The notes under the pieces are model-generated. The model had not been told where the DNA came from and made no database searches. It saw only the letters and a program-made list of their open reading frames with translations. A stretch of 64,000 nucleotides of DNA. Source: Chiloscyllium plagiosum (lineage: Eukaryota). Below, in pieces: positions 10,351 to 23,790 of the stretch. The stretch covers positions 16,072,420 to 16,136,419 of the forward strand of contig NC_057718.1 of assembly GCF_004010195.1 (NCBI RefSeq), read 5' to 3'. Made by a program: the position numbers and the translations under genes. The number at the start of each line of letters is the position of its first letter. Position 1 is the stretch's first letter.

Positions 10351-12449
10351 TCAAATATGATTAGTGATCCACCAGGAACCAGATGTTCTGTTAATACTTT
10401 AAGGAAGTCTGTTCCTTTGGCTACATCAGAAGTGGTCCCAGGATTACAGTCCGAACATTTCTTCTCCCCTCCATACTATGGTAAGAGAACCTGCTGTTTG
10501 ATATGCTCGCAGAATGTGTGCTTCTGAGTTTAATTTGTGTTTGTAAATTAAAATGCAATTTAGTGGTTGCACAATTGTAATGACCTTAAATCACAAGGAA
10601 CTCCCCAACCAATCTGAGGCAGCTGTAATTTCAACCAAGTTTTTAAAAATAGTGATTTGTCTGATTTTGTGCATTAATGCTAGGCTAAAGGGAGTAAAAT
10701 TCACTTAGCAGGGGCTCATCTCTTAAATGTGGCGGATTAATAATTTATTCTAAAAAGTAGTATATTTTTAAAATGGCTAATAATGCATTCAATTTGGGGA
10801 AACTTTGCAATGCCCTGCAAAATCATTCTGCTGAGCTTTTAATTTCTAATTTAACACTGGTGTTAGAACTCATTGACTGTTAAAAGTTCAAGTAGAATTG
10901 CTATAGATATTTTTGCAAGGTCAAAAAGATAATTCTCACAATAAATTTTATAAAACTATATACATATGGAAAAAGCTTAATTGGTCAACCTACCACAGTA
11001 GGGTGATGTAAGGTTTATCTATCATAACTGTTGTAAAACTGTTTTCTTCTTACAATATACAAATAAGCTGTCAAGTTTTAAAGTAGGTCTATCACTGACA
11101 CTTCAGACTAGATTCCTATGCAGAAAATAGTGAAACTGTAGCTGACAATATTAATTTCCAGACGAATCCATGTACTGTACAGTTCGTTTTGTACCAAATA
11201 TAACCCAGCAGGATATTTATCACAGTCAACTGCATCTCTTTTTAAATATTAACCATTAGAAAGTTGTCAGACAAGCTCTCCCACTAGTGGATATTCTACT
11301 GTATTATCCACAGATAACACAATTGCTTAATGTCTTGTGTGCAGTTAGTACCATCTTAGCTGATGGTACTACTGCACAGTAGGATCCCAAAGCGAATTCT
11401 CCTTTAAGGACCATGAGTTGTTTTTATTTGTATGCATTGGTCATTTTAACAAGAGATCCAAATTTATAAACCAAAAAGGAAACAAAAAACTGAAGTAGTT
11501 TAAACAGTCTTATTACAGATATCAGAGATAATGATTCAACCCGTTTACGAAGTTCAGTAAGGGGTCCCCGATTTCTACTTCAAAGTTCCCTATTCTTTGG
11601 GCACAGCTATGTTTGGTTACTTTCTGACAAACTGTTGCATTCACTAAGTGCTATCTTATTTAATATCTCCTCTTCCAACCCTTGAATGGACTGCTACCAG
11701 CTTGCTTACTCTATGTTCCTTAAACTCATCCTACAAGGTCACTGAATGCTTATCTTCCTGTTTGATGTCTTAAAGCCTTCTGTTTCTGGTTCTTTTATAC
11801 TAATTTCTAAACCCTCATGACTTTCCTTCTGCTTTGACTGTTGTGGAGACTGCACTTTATTGCTTACCGGCCTTTTTGCTCTTGACCTGCATCTCTCTGA
11901 AAGAAACCTGCACGCTCCCTGACTTTCAGAGGACCCCTTGAAACAGGTTTTTTTGAAAAAAACACTTTAGCAGCAGTACATTGTCCGTTCCTAGGGATAT
12001 TTTGAGGAAAAACAATCCTCACTTAAGTGTATGTAAACACATTTGCAGCAGCACAGTACCACTTGCAGAAATGAATCTATAACGATGTCCTTCCACCCCC
12101 CCTCTGCCTCTTAACCAACACAATAGAGAAATACAAATTATTCTTAAAGCTATTCATGGTTTTGTCCGGTTTAGAACCCAGGTTTTCAAATAGTAATTGG
12201 TTGTGAATCTCTCATCGTAAGTTAAAGAAATAAAATGTGTCTCTTTGCGATTTAATCATACATTCACTGAACTGTCTTTTAGTAGTCTCACGAGTAACTT
12301 AAAAAGGTACATTTCTTATATTTCTGATACCCAACATTGAACTAAAAAAAATCTATGCAGTATAAAAAAATTTACAATTTACCTTAACTGTGTAAATTGA
12401 TCCTAGGCAAAATCGAATGGATTTATACGAGGAAAATCATGCTTGATAA

Positions 12450-13970
12450 ACGTGGGATATTTTGAGAATGTTTCTTGAAACAGACTTGTGAACCTTTGCA
12501 TTCCTCTATGGCAAATATGTTCCTCAGATGAGATCAAAACTGTACACTGTATTCCAGGTGAGGCCTCACTCAGGCTGCATGTACTTAAAATCTATATGCA
12601 GTCTTTGAAATGAATATCACCACACTGTCTGACAAAGGAGTACCAGTGAAAGCGGTGTATTTGGATTTTCAGAAGGCTTTTGACAAAGTCCTGCACATGT
12701 TTTGGGAAAATGTACTAATATGTTTTGAAGATTCGTTAATAGACACAAAGTGGAGGGTAATAAGTAGATCATTCTGAGGAAGGCAAGGTATTGTTAATGG
12801 GTACTCCAACGGTCAGTGTTAGCGTCACAACTGTTTGCAATCTCTATAAATGACCTGGCTCTGGGGATAAATTGTAATTTACCAAATTTGCTGAGTGGTG
12901 ACAACATGGCAGGTAGAACATCATTCAAGTAAGTGTGAATTTATTCACTTTGATGGAAAAAACCCCAGAATATTTCTTAAAATAGAATATTTATAAAATG
13001 GTGAAAAGGTAGGAAATGCAGGCATCCTTATCCACTATACACGAGCAGCTAGTAAACTGTTGAGGCAAACATAGAACATTACAGTGCAGTGCAAGCCCTT
13101 CTGCCCTCGATATTGCGACGATCTGTGAAACTAGTCTGAAGCCCAGCTAACCTACAGTATTCCATTATCATCTATATATTTATCCAATGGCCATTTAAAT
13201 GCCTTTAAAGTTGGTGAAACAGTATGTTGATATTTCATGATAATTGAAATACAAATCTAAAAATGTCCTATTGCAGTCACATAGAACCTTCTGAGATGCC
13301 ACCTGGAGTGTTGTGCACAGTTTTGGTCTTATTAAAGGTAGGATATCCTTGTCTTACAGGAATGCAATAGAGATATACTAGGATAATCATGGCAGTATTG
13401 TCTTAGAGATTGAGGAAACTGGATATGGACTGTCCAGTTTTCAAGAATAAGAGTTGATTTCATTGATGGTCTTTTCTCTATCCTATGATTTTTAGGATCA
13501 GGGATCATCTCAGGAAAAGGGGCAGGTCATTTAATACTGAGATGAGGAATTCCTTCAGAGGTTGTAAGGCCATACAGCATGGAAATAGACTCTTCTGTCC
13601 CCCTTGTCTGGGCCAACCAGGTATCTCAATCTGATTTAGTCCTGTTTGCCAGCATTTGGCCCGTGTCCCTCTCAACTCTTCCTATTCATAAACCCATCCA
13701 GGTGCCTTTTCCATGTTCTATTTGTAGCTGAATCCTCCACTTCCTCTGGAAACTCGTTTCATACATCCACCATCCTCTGTGTGGAAAAAATTCCCCCCCC
13801 CCCTTAAATCTGTGCTGTCTAGTTTTGGATGACTACACCACCACCTCTCTCTCCAACCCTAGAAGAAAGACCTTGGCTATTCACCCTATCCATTTCCCTC
13901 AGATTTTATAAGCCCATATAAGGACTCCCCTTATGCCCCACTTCAGGGGGAGAAAGCCCAGCTTATCTGT
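12450..13970. mobile_element. Cluster of degraded CR1 fragments in both orientations
   Basis: VYLDFQKAFDKV, HLECCAQFWS motifs; minus-strand CR1 tails at ~13070-13210 and ~13570-13970. Confidence 0.7.
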
Positions 13971-13989
13971 GAATCTACATCTTTCAAAT

Positions 13990-16620
13990 GGTCTAGTCAG
14001 CTCAGACATGGGCTGATGAGTCTTCTACCATCAGTTGGTCCTGCGCTTTAATCGCATGTGGGGTGATCCTGTAATCAAGCAAGACGAGTTGGTATCTAGT
14101 GAGTCTGTAGGCTTTCTTCATTCCAGCCTTTAAAATTTGGATCACTTTCTTCCCAGCCATTGGATTATGGGTGGAATGGGACTGTCCTAATGTGTCTAAT
14201 CCCATTCACTTTTAAGAAGTGATGCAAGTCTTTGCTAGCAAATGGCCTGTTAACAGTGACCAATACCTCCGGGGGACACTGTTGCAAGACATGTGCACAG
14301 TGTTTTGTTGCCTTTGATATTTGATGATCGGACTGTATGTATGTCCAACCATCTTGAGTGGGTGTTTGCAATGGCTAAAAATATTGAACCCATGAAAGGA
14401 CCTGCATAGTTGTCATGCAACTGAGTCCAAGGTTTACCTGGCCATTTCCACAGACAGGTGGAAACTGCTGGCAGTAATTATTGTCCTTGTTGACACTATG
14501 GGCAGTCTCCCACCAATGTGGCTAAGTCTGTGTCCAAGCCCAGCCACCAGACATAACTCTTTGCCAACATCTTCATTTTTTGAGGCCCGTGGATGGCCCT
14601 TGTGACCTTTGCTTGGGGCATCCCCTCTTACTCCCCATAACGATATATAATCCTCTGCTATGAGCTGGTCTCTCCAGCTCCAAAAATATTTTAATTCTAG
14701 CTGTGACGGCCTTTTGGCTTCCATTATTGAGACAAATTATTTTCATTTGGAAAGAACAGAACCTTTGTGTCCAAAGTCTGATATTGTTAGCTGTGACTTG
14801 TAGTTTGCTTAGAAAATTCAATGTCACAACCAAATCTTCCATTGGGGGTAATATGGGTTGTATAATCTGCTAATGGATGACAGCGCAATGCATCCACAGT
14901 CACAACTCTGCTTCCCAGATAGTGCTTTAATTTGTAATTCATAGAACATAGAACACTACAGCACAGTACAGGCCCTTCAGCCCTCGATGTTGCACTGGCC
15001 TGTCATTCAAAGCGTTTAGTGTCAGAGCTCACTGGTGAATGCAGCCTGAACCTGTGTGTGACACTGCTTTATTCTCTATAAGAACCTCATTCTGAATTAA
15101 ACCAAATTCAGACTTCTGCCAGTCCTCTTAACCTACGAGGGGAAAGCGGTAGATGTGGTGTATATGGATTTTAGTAAGGCGTTTGATAAGGTTCCCCATG
15201 GTAGACTACTGCAAAAAATACAGAGGTATGGCATTGAGGGTGAGTTGGAGGTTTGGATTAGGAGTTGGCTGGCTGGAAGAAGACAGAGGGTAGTAGTTGA
15301 TGGCAAAGGTTCATCTTGGAATGCCGTAAGTGTGAGGTGATTCACTTTGGTAAGAGTAACAAAAAGATGGGGTACTGGGCTAATGGTCGGATACTTGGTA
15401 GTGTTCATGAGCAGAGGGATCTTGGTGTCCATGTACACAGATCTTTGAAAGTTGCCACCCAGGTAAATAGCGTACTGGCTTTTATTGGTAGAGGAATTGA
15501 GTTCCGGAGTCCTGAGGTCATGTTGCAGTTTTATAGGACTCTGGTGCGGCCACATCTGGAGTATTGTGTGCAGTTTTGGTTGCCATACAATAGGAAGGAT
15601 GTGAGGCACTGGAACGAGTGCAGAGGAGGTTTACCAGGATGAAACCTGGTATGGTAGGAAGATCGTATGAGGAAAGGCTGAGGCACCTGGGGTTTTCATT
15701 GGAGAAAAGAAGGTTTGGGGTGACTTGATAGAGGTGTACAAGATGATTAGGGGTTTAGATAGGGTTGACAGTGAGAATCTTTTTCCACGTATGGAGTCAG
15801 CTATTACAAGGGGGCATAGCTTTAAATTAAGGGGTGGTAGGTGTAGGGCAGATGTTAGGGGTAGGTTCTTTACTCAGCGAGTCGTGAATTCATGGAATGC
15901 CCTGCCAGTAGCAGTGGTGGACTCTCCCTCTTTATGGGCATTTAAACGGGCATTGTATAGGCATATGGAGGATAGTGGGCTAGTGTAGGTTAGGTGGGCT
16001 TGGATCGGGGCAACATCGAGGGCCGAAGGGCCTGTACTGCGCTGTATTCTTCTATGTTCTATGTTCTAGTCAAAAACCTGATTTGGATTCTGTTAGTTCA
16101 CAAATTGCCAAGTAAGTGCTAATGCCTCAGAATTAAAGGAGGCTTGGGGTTGTAATGGTCCTTAACTATGTTAATCAATTCTTGAAAAGTTTTAGTATCT
16201 GGTGCCTTTGGAAAATTAGGCTCCTAATGACTGAAAACGCTGCAGCTCTGCAGGCTGTCAAGCGAATTACTCCTGTTTGATCTGCTACAATGTCATCTGC
16301 CCTGGAAAAAAAAATAACATTTTTTCCACATACTTGGCTTAGTCCTTGATGGCAGGGTCAAACGAATCAATCTCCCCAAGCAGCAGCATGATGTAAGAAA
16401 ATGCTTCCCCACAACTTAAGAAAAAAAGCTACAAATGAGTTTCTTCAGGAACGTGTGCAACACTTGTCATTAAAATAACTTGCGAGGCTACCATCCCATT
16501 GCCAATCACTGTTTAATTACAAATGCATAGTCTTTGACAATTGTACTGCCTCTCATTGAATCAGGCATTAGGGTCCTAATATCCTAAGCATTCATCCTTT
16601 TATGTAAGCCAGGTCTTCCT
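13990..16620 (-). mobile_element. Degraded Gypsy LTR-retrotransposon pol (RNase H-integrase), split by CR1
   Basis: Integrase motifs PWTQLH..YAGPFMG, FLKVNGIRHIRTVPFHP, LLDYRITPH; HYNP..PLIL near 16130-16160. Confidence 0.75.
15133..16067 (+). mobile_element. CR1 LINE 3' part with internal deletion
   Basis: VYMDFSKAFDKVPHGRL then jump to KCEVIHFG (FADD region missing); (TTCTATG)n tail. Confidence 0.9.
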
Positions 16621-16639
16621 GATTGAGACTTGTGATCTG

Positions 16640-16830
16640 TTTTGAGAAGATTTGTAGCTCAGGTTGAGGTTCTGGATGTACGTTTGCTGAGCTGGAAGGT
16701 TCATTTTCATATGTTTTGTCACCATACTGGGTAACATCTTCAGTGAGCCTCCAGACGAAACAATGCTGGTGTTTCCTGCTTTCTATTTATATGTTTGGGT
16801 TTCCTTGGCTTGGTGATGTCATTTCCAGGG
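16640..16830 (-). mobile_element. Penelope-like family 3 terminus with mutated hammerhead
   Basis: Minus: CA-CTGAAGA-TGTTACC-CAGTAT-GGTGAC-AAAACAT (16711-16745); homologous to 37000-37460. Confidence 0.6.
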
Positions 16831-18384
16831 GGGCTCCTGGTTTGTGAATTTTGGGTAATCCGGAGAAGTGTGGTGTGTTGGGTCCATCTGGTTTCATTCT
16901 TTTGGAAGTCGGTCTTTCTTACTTTCTCCAGATTTTAAGTTTGTTTTAGTAGTGCTGTGATTCGGTTCTCTAGTTGTGGGGTCGGGTTTGGCTATGATCT
17001 GGTTCAATCAAGGAACTTGTATTCTGTGATGTTCAGCTGGCAGACCTCATTGTAATCACTATAAACAGCCACCTCAAACTCTGACCTGTCAGGTGAATAG
17101 TTTTTAAAAAAATAAGTATTTTGATTTTGGTTGAAACTTTATAGAATTTGTTTATTCAATAGAGTGAGTCACTAATTTATTTTGAATTACTAATATTGAT
17201 TTTTCTCATTTCGAAAATGGCATGAGTAGTCACTGTTTAAAAATCAAAGTTTGCCATTTAAAACAGATTAGGTGAAATTTCCTCTTAGGGTTGAAAATAT
17301 TCAGAACTATTTTCTTAAAAATATTCAAGGACTTTGCCTTCACCACTTTTAAGGTAGAGGTAGCTTCTCATTGAGCAAATATGAAAGGTTACTGGGGATA
17401 AACAGGAATAGTTGCACTCAGATTATCATTTTGAATAGCAAAGCAGGCTTGAAGGACTGAATGGCCTACTTGTACTGAAAATTTGATTGTGTATCGTCTG
17501 CATTTTATACTATTTGTGACCAGTTTTAATAGGATTTCTGAGGCATCAAAAGTTGATTTATTGACTGCAGTTCCCAAGATTCCACCATTATCTGACCTCT
17601 TTGAACATCTCCACGTTGCTCACTTCTCTGTTGTAGTATTCCTTTTCGGCTGCTATCCAAAAGTCTGTTCAGTTCTTGCTGCACCATCAGTGGAGATGCT
17701 AATTAATCCTTGGTGTCATCAACATGCACAAATTTCTTAACTTTTCCCTTTTCAAATCCTCAATGTTTGATTTTATTTAATCTCCACCTATATATTAACT
17801 AACTTCATAATTGGCATAATGGCAATGTTTTAAAGCTTTTCTGACTATTCTAAGCACTTCTTTTTTTTCCCTCCTCTGCCCTTGTTTGTTTATCCCATTC
17901 AGTCCTGTTGCTGTTAACTCCATAACAAACTCCCCAAACATGCTTAAAAGGTAGCACATCTAATAAAACAGTTACAGAACTGATTCTACCGGCTTACATT
18001 TGCAAGACTAACTCCTGAGGCAGACCTGCTTTGTTAGCTCAATGACTTATGTTTATTTTCCATGTGACCCTCTTGAACCTTACTTATTAGAACCCATCAG
18101 CATCACCTTTTTCTACTTCTCATATTTACAAATCTCTTCCTTAAATGAATCAAAAATTAAATACTACATGAGCTGGAAATCTGAAAAAAAAGTGTGGTCT
18201 GTATTTAAAGTATTAAACCCTTTCTTTGAACTTAAAGGTAAATTATCATTGGATGTTTCATCCTTTTGAAAGAAATTTAACCAAGGCTTCATTAACCTGT
18301 TCAGGTGAACATAATATACCCCATAACACCACTATTGTGAAGAATAATGTCAGAACTCCTGTTGTGGCCAACATTGTAAACTGA

Positions 18385-18810
18385 GTGAGGAAGCGGGGGA
18401 AGATATAAGAGGGACCTAAGGGGCAACCTTTCCATGTGTATGGAATAAGCTACCAGAGGAAGTGGTGGAAGGTGGTACAAGTACAGCATTTAAAAGGCAT
18501 CTGAATGGGTACAAAGGAATCTCAATTATCCGAAGGACATGGGCTGTGGGAGTATTTTGTTCCGTTAATCGAATGCCAGATAACGTAGTTTAGCTGAGCA
18601 TGGGGACATTGCGATCTTGCCGGATAATCTGATATTTGGATAATTGAATGCTGGACAATCAAGGTTCCTCTGTATTTGAATAGGAAGGGTTTAGAGGGAT
18701 ATGGGCCATGTGTTGGCAAATAGGACTAGATTAAGTTAGGATATCTGGTTGGTACGGATGAGTTGGACTGAAGGGTCTGTTTCCATGCTTTTCATCTTTG
18801 ATTCTAAAAG
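18385..18810 (+). mobile_element. CR1 3' end interrupted by MITE
   Basis: CR1 3' coding end and tail resume after 18674. Confidence 0.8.
18512..18672. mobile_element. Tc1/mariner(pogo/Tigger)-type MITE, family A
   Basis: TA TSD; imperfect ~20 bp TIRs CA(A/G)AGGAA(T/C)CT..ATT(A/G)TCC; second copy at 57394-57544. Confidence 0.8.
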
Positions 18811-19109
18811 TAGGCCAGTTGTTTATTGACTTTATTTGTTGTTTGAGGCAGCTGACTGACTGACCGACTGACTTGTGTGTCTTCCTGCCACCAGACACTA
18901 TCGTTCAGAATAATTAGTGTAAAACACTTCAGTGTATCATTTGAAATATGAAAACACTGTCAATTCCCATGTTCTTCACGAAGTTTTGTGTCTGCATCCT
19001 GTCTGTCACAAACGTCAGGACCTGCTCAAATTTTTTTGACGCAAACTAAGTATTAAAATGGACATGTGCACAAGTGTGTAGGGAAAAATGTTCCTTAGAT
19101 GCTGAAGAA

Positions 19110-20925
19110 AAATACTTTATCTAATGAGATCCTATATCCAAGTATATCTGGACTTCCAGAAGCATTTCATAAGGTGTGGCACAAAAGCTTAATGCCAAAG
19201 GTGAGACCACATGGGGTTAAGGGTAACCTATTAACTTGGATAGTGAGTTGGCTAACCAACAGAGCTGGTAAAACATAGAACAGTATAGCACAGAACAGGC
19301 CCTTCAGCCCACGATGTTGTGCCGACCATTGATCTCATGTAAGGTAAACCTAATGTACGAACCCTCAACTTTCTGTGACCATATGCATGTCCAGCAGTCT
19401 CTTAAATATCCCCAATGACCTTGCTTCCACAACTGCTGCTGGCAACGCATTCCTTGCTCCCACAACACTCTGCGTAAAGAACCCGCCTCTGACATCCCCT
19501 CTATACTTTCCGCCAAACTGCTTAAAACTATGACCCCTCGTGTTAACAATTTCTGCCCTGGGAAAAAGTCTCTGGCTATCAATTCTATCTATGCCTCTCA
19601 TTATCTTGTACACCTCAATTAGGTCCCCTCTCTTCCTTTTTTCCAATGAAAAAAGTCCGAGCTCAGTCAACCTCTCTTCGTAAGATAAGCCCTCCATTCC
19701 AGGCAGCATCCTGGTAAACCTCCTCTGAACCCTGTCCAAAGCATCCACATCTTTCCTATAATAGGGCAACCAGAACTGGACACAGTATTCCAAGTGCGGT
19801 CTAACCAAAGTTTTATAGAGCTGCAACAAAATCTCACGGTTCTTAAACTCAATCCCCCTGTTAATGAAAGCCAAAACACCATATGCTTTCTTACTAACCA
19901 TGTCCACTTGGGTGGCAATTTTAAGGGATCTATGTACCTGTGGTATCTATGGTAGTTAGGATAAATGGCTCCTGTTCTGGTTTGCAAGACCTAATCTCAT
20001 GCCACCCCAATAGTTCAGTTCTCGGGGCCCCAACTATTTATAATCTATACGAATGACTTGGATGTGATGATAGAAAGTACTTTAGCCAGATTGTGGATGA
20101 CACTTAAAATAGGTGTGAAAGTAAGTTGCAATGAAGAAATAAATGTATATGAATAGGTTAGGTGAACAGTCCAAAGGTTGGTGGATGAAGTTTAACATGG
20201 ATAAGTGAGAGGTTAACCATTTTGGTTGGTGGAGAAGAAAGGCAATTTATAATCTAAATGGAGAGAACCTTCAGATGCTTAAGTGCAGAGGGATCTGGGT
20301 GTCCTTGTGCAAATTGAGAAGTAGTGTGCAGCTACAAGTAATAAGGGTGGCAAATAGAATTTTGATATTTATTGCTAAAGGAAGACTATGGAAGTAGGGA
20401 AGTATACCTGCGATTGTATGAAGCATTAGTGAATCTGCACCTGGAGTATTGTGTACAATTTTGGACACCTACTTGAGGGATGTAGTTGTATTGGAGGCAG
20501 GCCAGAGGGGTTCACTAGATTGATTCTAGAAATGAGAGATTGAGCAGTTTAGGAGTACAGAGGAAAGGAAGGAGATCTAATTGTAAGTAAGATAATAAAG
20601 TTGATCGGCACACATGAGGGAGCATCCTTTCCATATCTACTTTGTCAATCTAGCCTGACAAGTCGGTTTGAGGCTAAAGGGTAGAATGTTTAAAACAGAT
20701 GAGAAATTACTTATCTCAGCATTATGAATCTGGAATTCATTGTGCAACAGTGTGGATGAATACTGGAGCATTGACTAAATTTTGAGGCGATAGATTTTTA
20801 ATTAATGCATTGAAGGGTTCTGGAGAAAAAGCAGAAAAGTGGAGTAGTGGCTGAGATGGGATCAGCCATGATCGTATCAAATGACAGAGCAGGTTGAGGG
20901 GCTAAATTGCTTACTCCACCTTATG
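19110..20925 (+). mobile_element. Old CR1 RT region, split by a younger CR1
   Basis: YLDFQxAFHKV, IYTNDLD, HLEYCVQF motifs. Confidence 0.75.
19272..19942 (-). mobile_element. Younger CR1 LINE 3' end
   Basis: Open 180-aa ORF (LVRPHLEYCVQFW, RGDLIEVYKIMRG) plus tail. Confidence 0.92.
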
Positions 20926-21279
20926 TTTTTTTAAAAAAGGCAGTTAAAAGGTGATGAAAGGATAGCTCCAATCTAAGGAACGGATTTCTACAGGAAAATA
21001 CAGCTCAAAAGTGATAGGAAACATAATTCACTATATTCAAGAGGCCTTACCTGAGTTTAGTCAAGTTTGCCATTTATGTCGTCATTGCTGGTTTTTAGGT
21101 GAAAGCATCACCGACAGGCACAGACCTGCAAGTTTTAAACCTGCATCAGTTTCTTAAAGCAATAAGAACAAAAGAAAAAAAAGAAGCCAAGAAGAAGCAA
21201 AGTGCTACATTGGAAGACTTTGTTTAAAAAAAGGAGCATAAACCACACAAGAAATGCAAAGCAAACATATAACCATTGA

Positions 21280-22128
21280 CTAACAGGCATTTTGGCATAG
21301 AAACAGGCTCTTTGTCCTACCATGTCTATGCCAACCAACAAGAATCTAATTACATTAACCCCATTTACCTGCATTTGGTCCATAGCTTACTGGACCCCAG
21401 CATTTTAAGTACTTATCCAGATGCTGCTTAAATGTGAGTGCTTGTCTCCATCTCCCCCTCAGGCAGAGGATTCCATATGTCTGTCATCCCCTGGATGAAG
21501 AAATGTTTGGTCTTCAGATCTCCTTGAAACCACTTGCTCCTCACAAACTTGTCTTAGACATGTCTCCAATGGAGGAAGAAAATCCCCCAATCTATCCTGT
21601 CTGTGCCCCTCATAATTTTGTATACCTCAATCAGATATCCCTTTGGCCTCTTCTACAAATAAACTCAGTCTCTCTTCATAACTGAGACTTTTCATCTGAA
21701 GCAACATCTCGTGAATCTCCTGTGCATTCGCTCCAGTGTGGTCACGTTCTTCCAACAGGGTAATAGTCAGAGCTGCACAGTATTCCATCTGTGGCTTCGC
21801 CAATGTTTATAAAGTTGTAACGAGACTTCCTTATTCTATGCGCTAGCTAATGAAAGCAAGCACCTTGGTATGGTGCCTTCACTATCCTGTCTACTTGTGC
21901 TGACACCTTCAGGGGTCTGTGGACTTGTACACTCATTTCCCAGTACTCACTAAAGATCTACCGTTGATTATATATATCCCTACCTTATTAGATCTTCCAA
22001 AATACATCACCTCTCATTAATGATAAAACTCCTCCATCTGTCGTTGTTCTTTCCAATTTACCAGCTGATCAATATCAGATTGTAGCCTGAGACCCATCAC
22101 CAACACCTCTGATTTTCTTTGCTCAGTT
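21280..22128 (-). mobile_element. CR1 3' part (same family as 7893-9070)
   Basis: CR1 tail/RT relic; CCATTGAC on both sides (~21272, ~22130). Confidence 0.75.
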
Positions 22129-22427
22129 TCCATTGACATTCTGTCAAACATCAGTCATTTAAAGAAATAACAATCAATCTTTATTTCCTGGATCAGTGGA
22201 TAACTGAAGACCATTAGGCAGACAGTGCTTTGGGTACTGAAGAGTTAATGTCATCCATTGATATTTCAGTTCTACAGCAAACCTTTTCAAAGTTAAGATC
22301 AACTTAAAGTTGTAGTCAATTTAGAGATAAAGTGGCTTGAATTCATGCCATATTGCCAATAGTCAATTGACCAGTATTGACAAAGGTGCAGGATGTGACT
22401 TCACCTGAACAACTTAGCAGACAGGCT

Positions 22428-23790
22428 TCGAGTGGAGCTTTGAGTCATCAGAGCTAGTGGAGATCATCGCTGGATCGTGATTGGACGTTGGAGGATCGTT
22501 TAATTGTGCTGACCTCCTCTTGGTGGATCTTCATGCTGGCTTTGGCCTAACGCCAATTCAGGGACCAGCCAACCTCTGAGCTATGGCCTGAGGAGCCACC
22601 CGCAGCCCAGGCCAGGGCGTTCGCAACACAGTAAGAGTGACTGTGAAGAAGGTGGAGGATCGTACACCTGTCGATCGGACAGTGTTTGTCAAGAAGGTTC
22701 TGTTGGAGTGCTGCAGGTTTGATGCAGCAGATGTGTACTGCCTGCAAAAAAAACACACGAACTGCCACCCTCATCCTGGTGGCCACCTTTGTGTGTGGCT
22801 CAATCAAGCTGTGTGTGGATCCCCGGTACGCAAACACCAAATGTCACTACGTACTGAGGTTCTACCTGTCCCTGATGTTGCAAAGGATGGGCCTGGCCTT
22901 GGTACCACGGAACACCTGAGAAGTTGGACCGTTCCGTATCACCTATCCTTTGTAGAGAAATTTATGAAGAAAAACACCTTTGACCACCAGTCCATCAGGA
23001 AGTGATGAGCATGTCGTGTCCTTGAGACCCTTCGGGAAAAGGAGAGGGCGGTTCCCTGGGCAGACTCAGTCATTTGGCAGAATGCCTCATCGCCAGAACT
23101 TTCCAACAAGCACCAAGACATGGCTTGGCTGGTGGTGAGAAGGGCTCTGCTTGTGAGATCCTTTATGCATGCTCGGACTCTCTGCTGCACCGCACACTGC
23201 CCTCTAAGCGGCTGCGGAGGGGACAAGACTGTCACATACCTTCTCCTGGAATGTGCCTACGCAAAGGGACGTCTGGAGACGAATGCAGTGGTGTTTGTTG
23301 AGGTTTGTCCCAAGCAGCTCCATGACATGGGACTCCGTGCTCTACGGTCTGTTCCCCGGGACGCACACAGAGACTAACATCAGCTGTGCCTGGAGGATCA
23401 TCAACTCGGTCAAAGACGCTCTTTGGTCTGTCTGAAACCTGTTGATCTTCCAGCTGAAGAAGCTGACCCTGACTGAATGTTGCAGACTGGCACATTCCAA
23501 GGTCCAGGATGACGCGCTGAAGCTTGGAGCAGCTGCTGCCTAGGTGCGGTGGGGAACGACCACCATGTAATGTCTGCCTGCCAAAGAAGAACAGGTGGCC
23601 CCACTCAGTAAGTGGGTTCCGCTGAAGCCTCCGATAAGTATATGGATGGTCAATGTACCTGTATATACGAATGATTAATTCCGATCCCTGTACGTAAAGA
23701 AATGCAACGTGCGCCTATGAATGGCACCACTAATTGTATAGATCATCAAAATATTTTATGAATAAAGTTTATTTTTGAAATTAAAAAAAA
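22428..23790 (+). mobile_element. Tx1-clade (L1 group) element, internally deleted, complete ends
   Basis: ORF1 start GQGVRNTVRVTVKK..FDAADVYCLQ fused to ORF2 C-terminus (WLVVRRAL..CPLSGCGGDKTVTYLLLEC); AATAAA 23761, poly(A); TSD AACTTAG(CAG)ACAGGCT. Confidence 0.85.

Noticed and set aside
10339..10527. ORF/exon ending TATG|GTAAGA
   Set aside because: No clear acceptor and no recognised homology
11868..11896. 29-nt minus-strand micro-exon (TTTCTTTCAG...CCG|GTAAGC)
   Set aside because: Good splice-like signals but no recognisable peptide or partner exons; expected by chance in 64 kb
21099..21227. Apparent terminal exon VKASPTG...TLEDFV*
   Set aside because: More likely part of the degraded Gypsy gag relic that continues to the right
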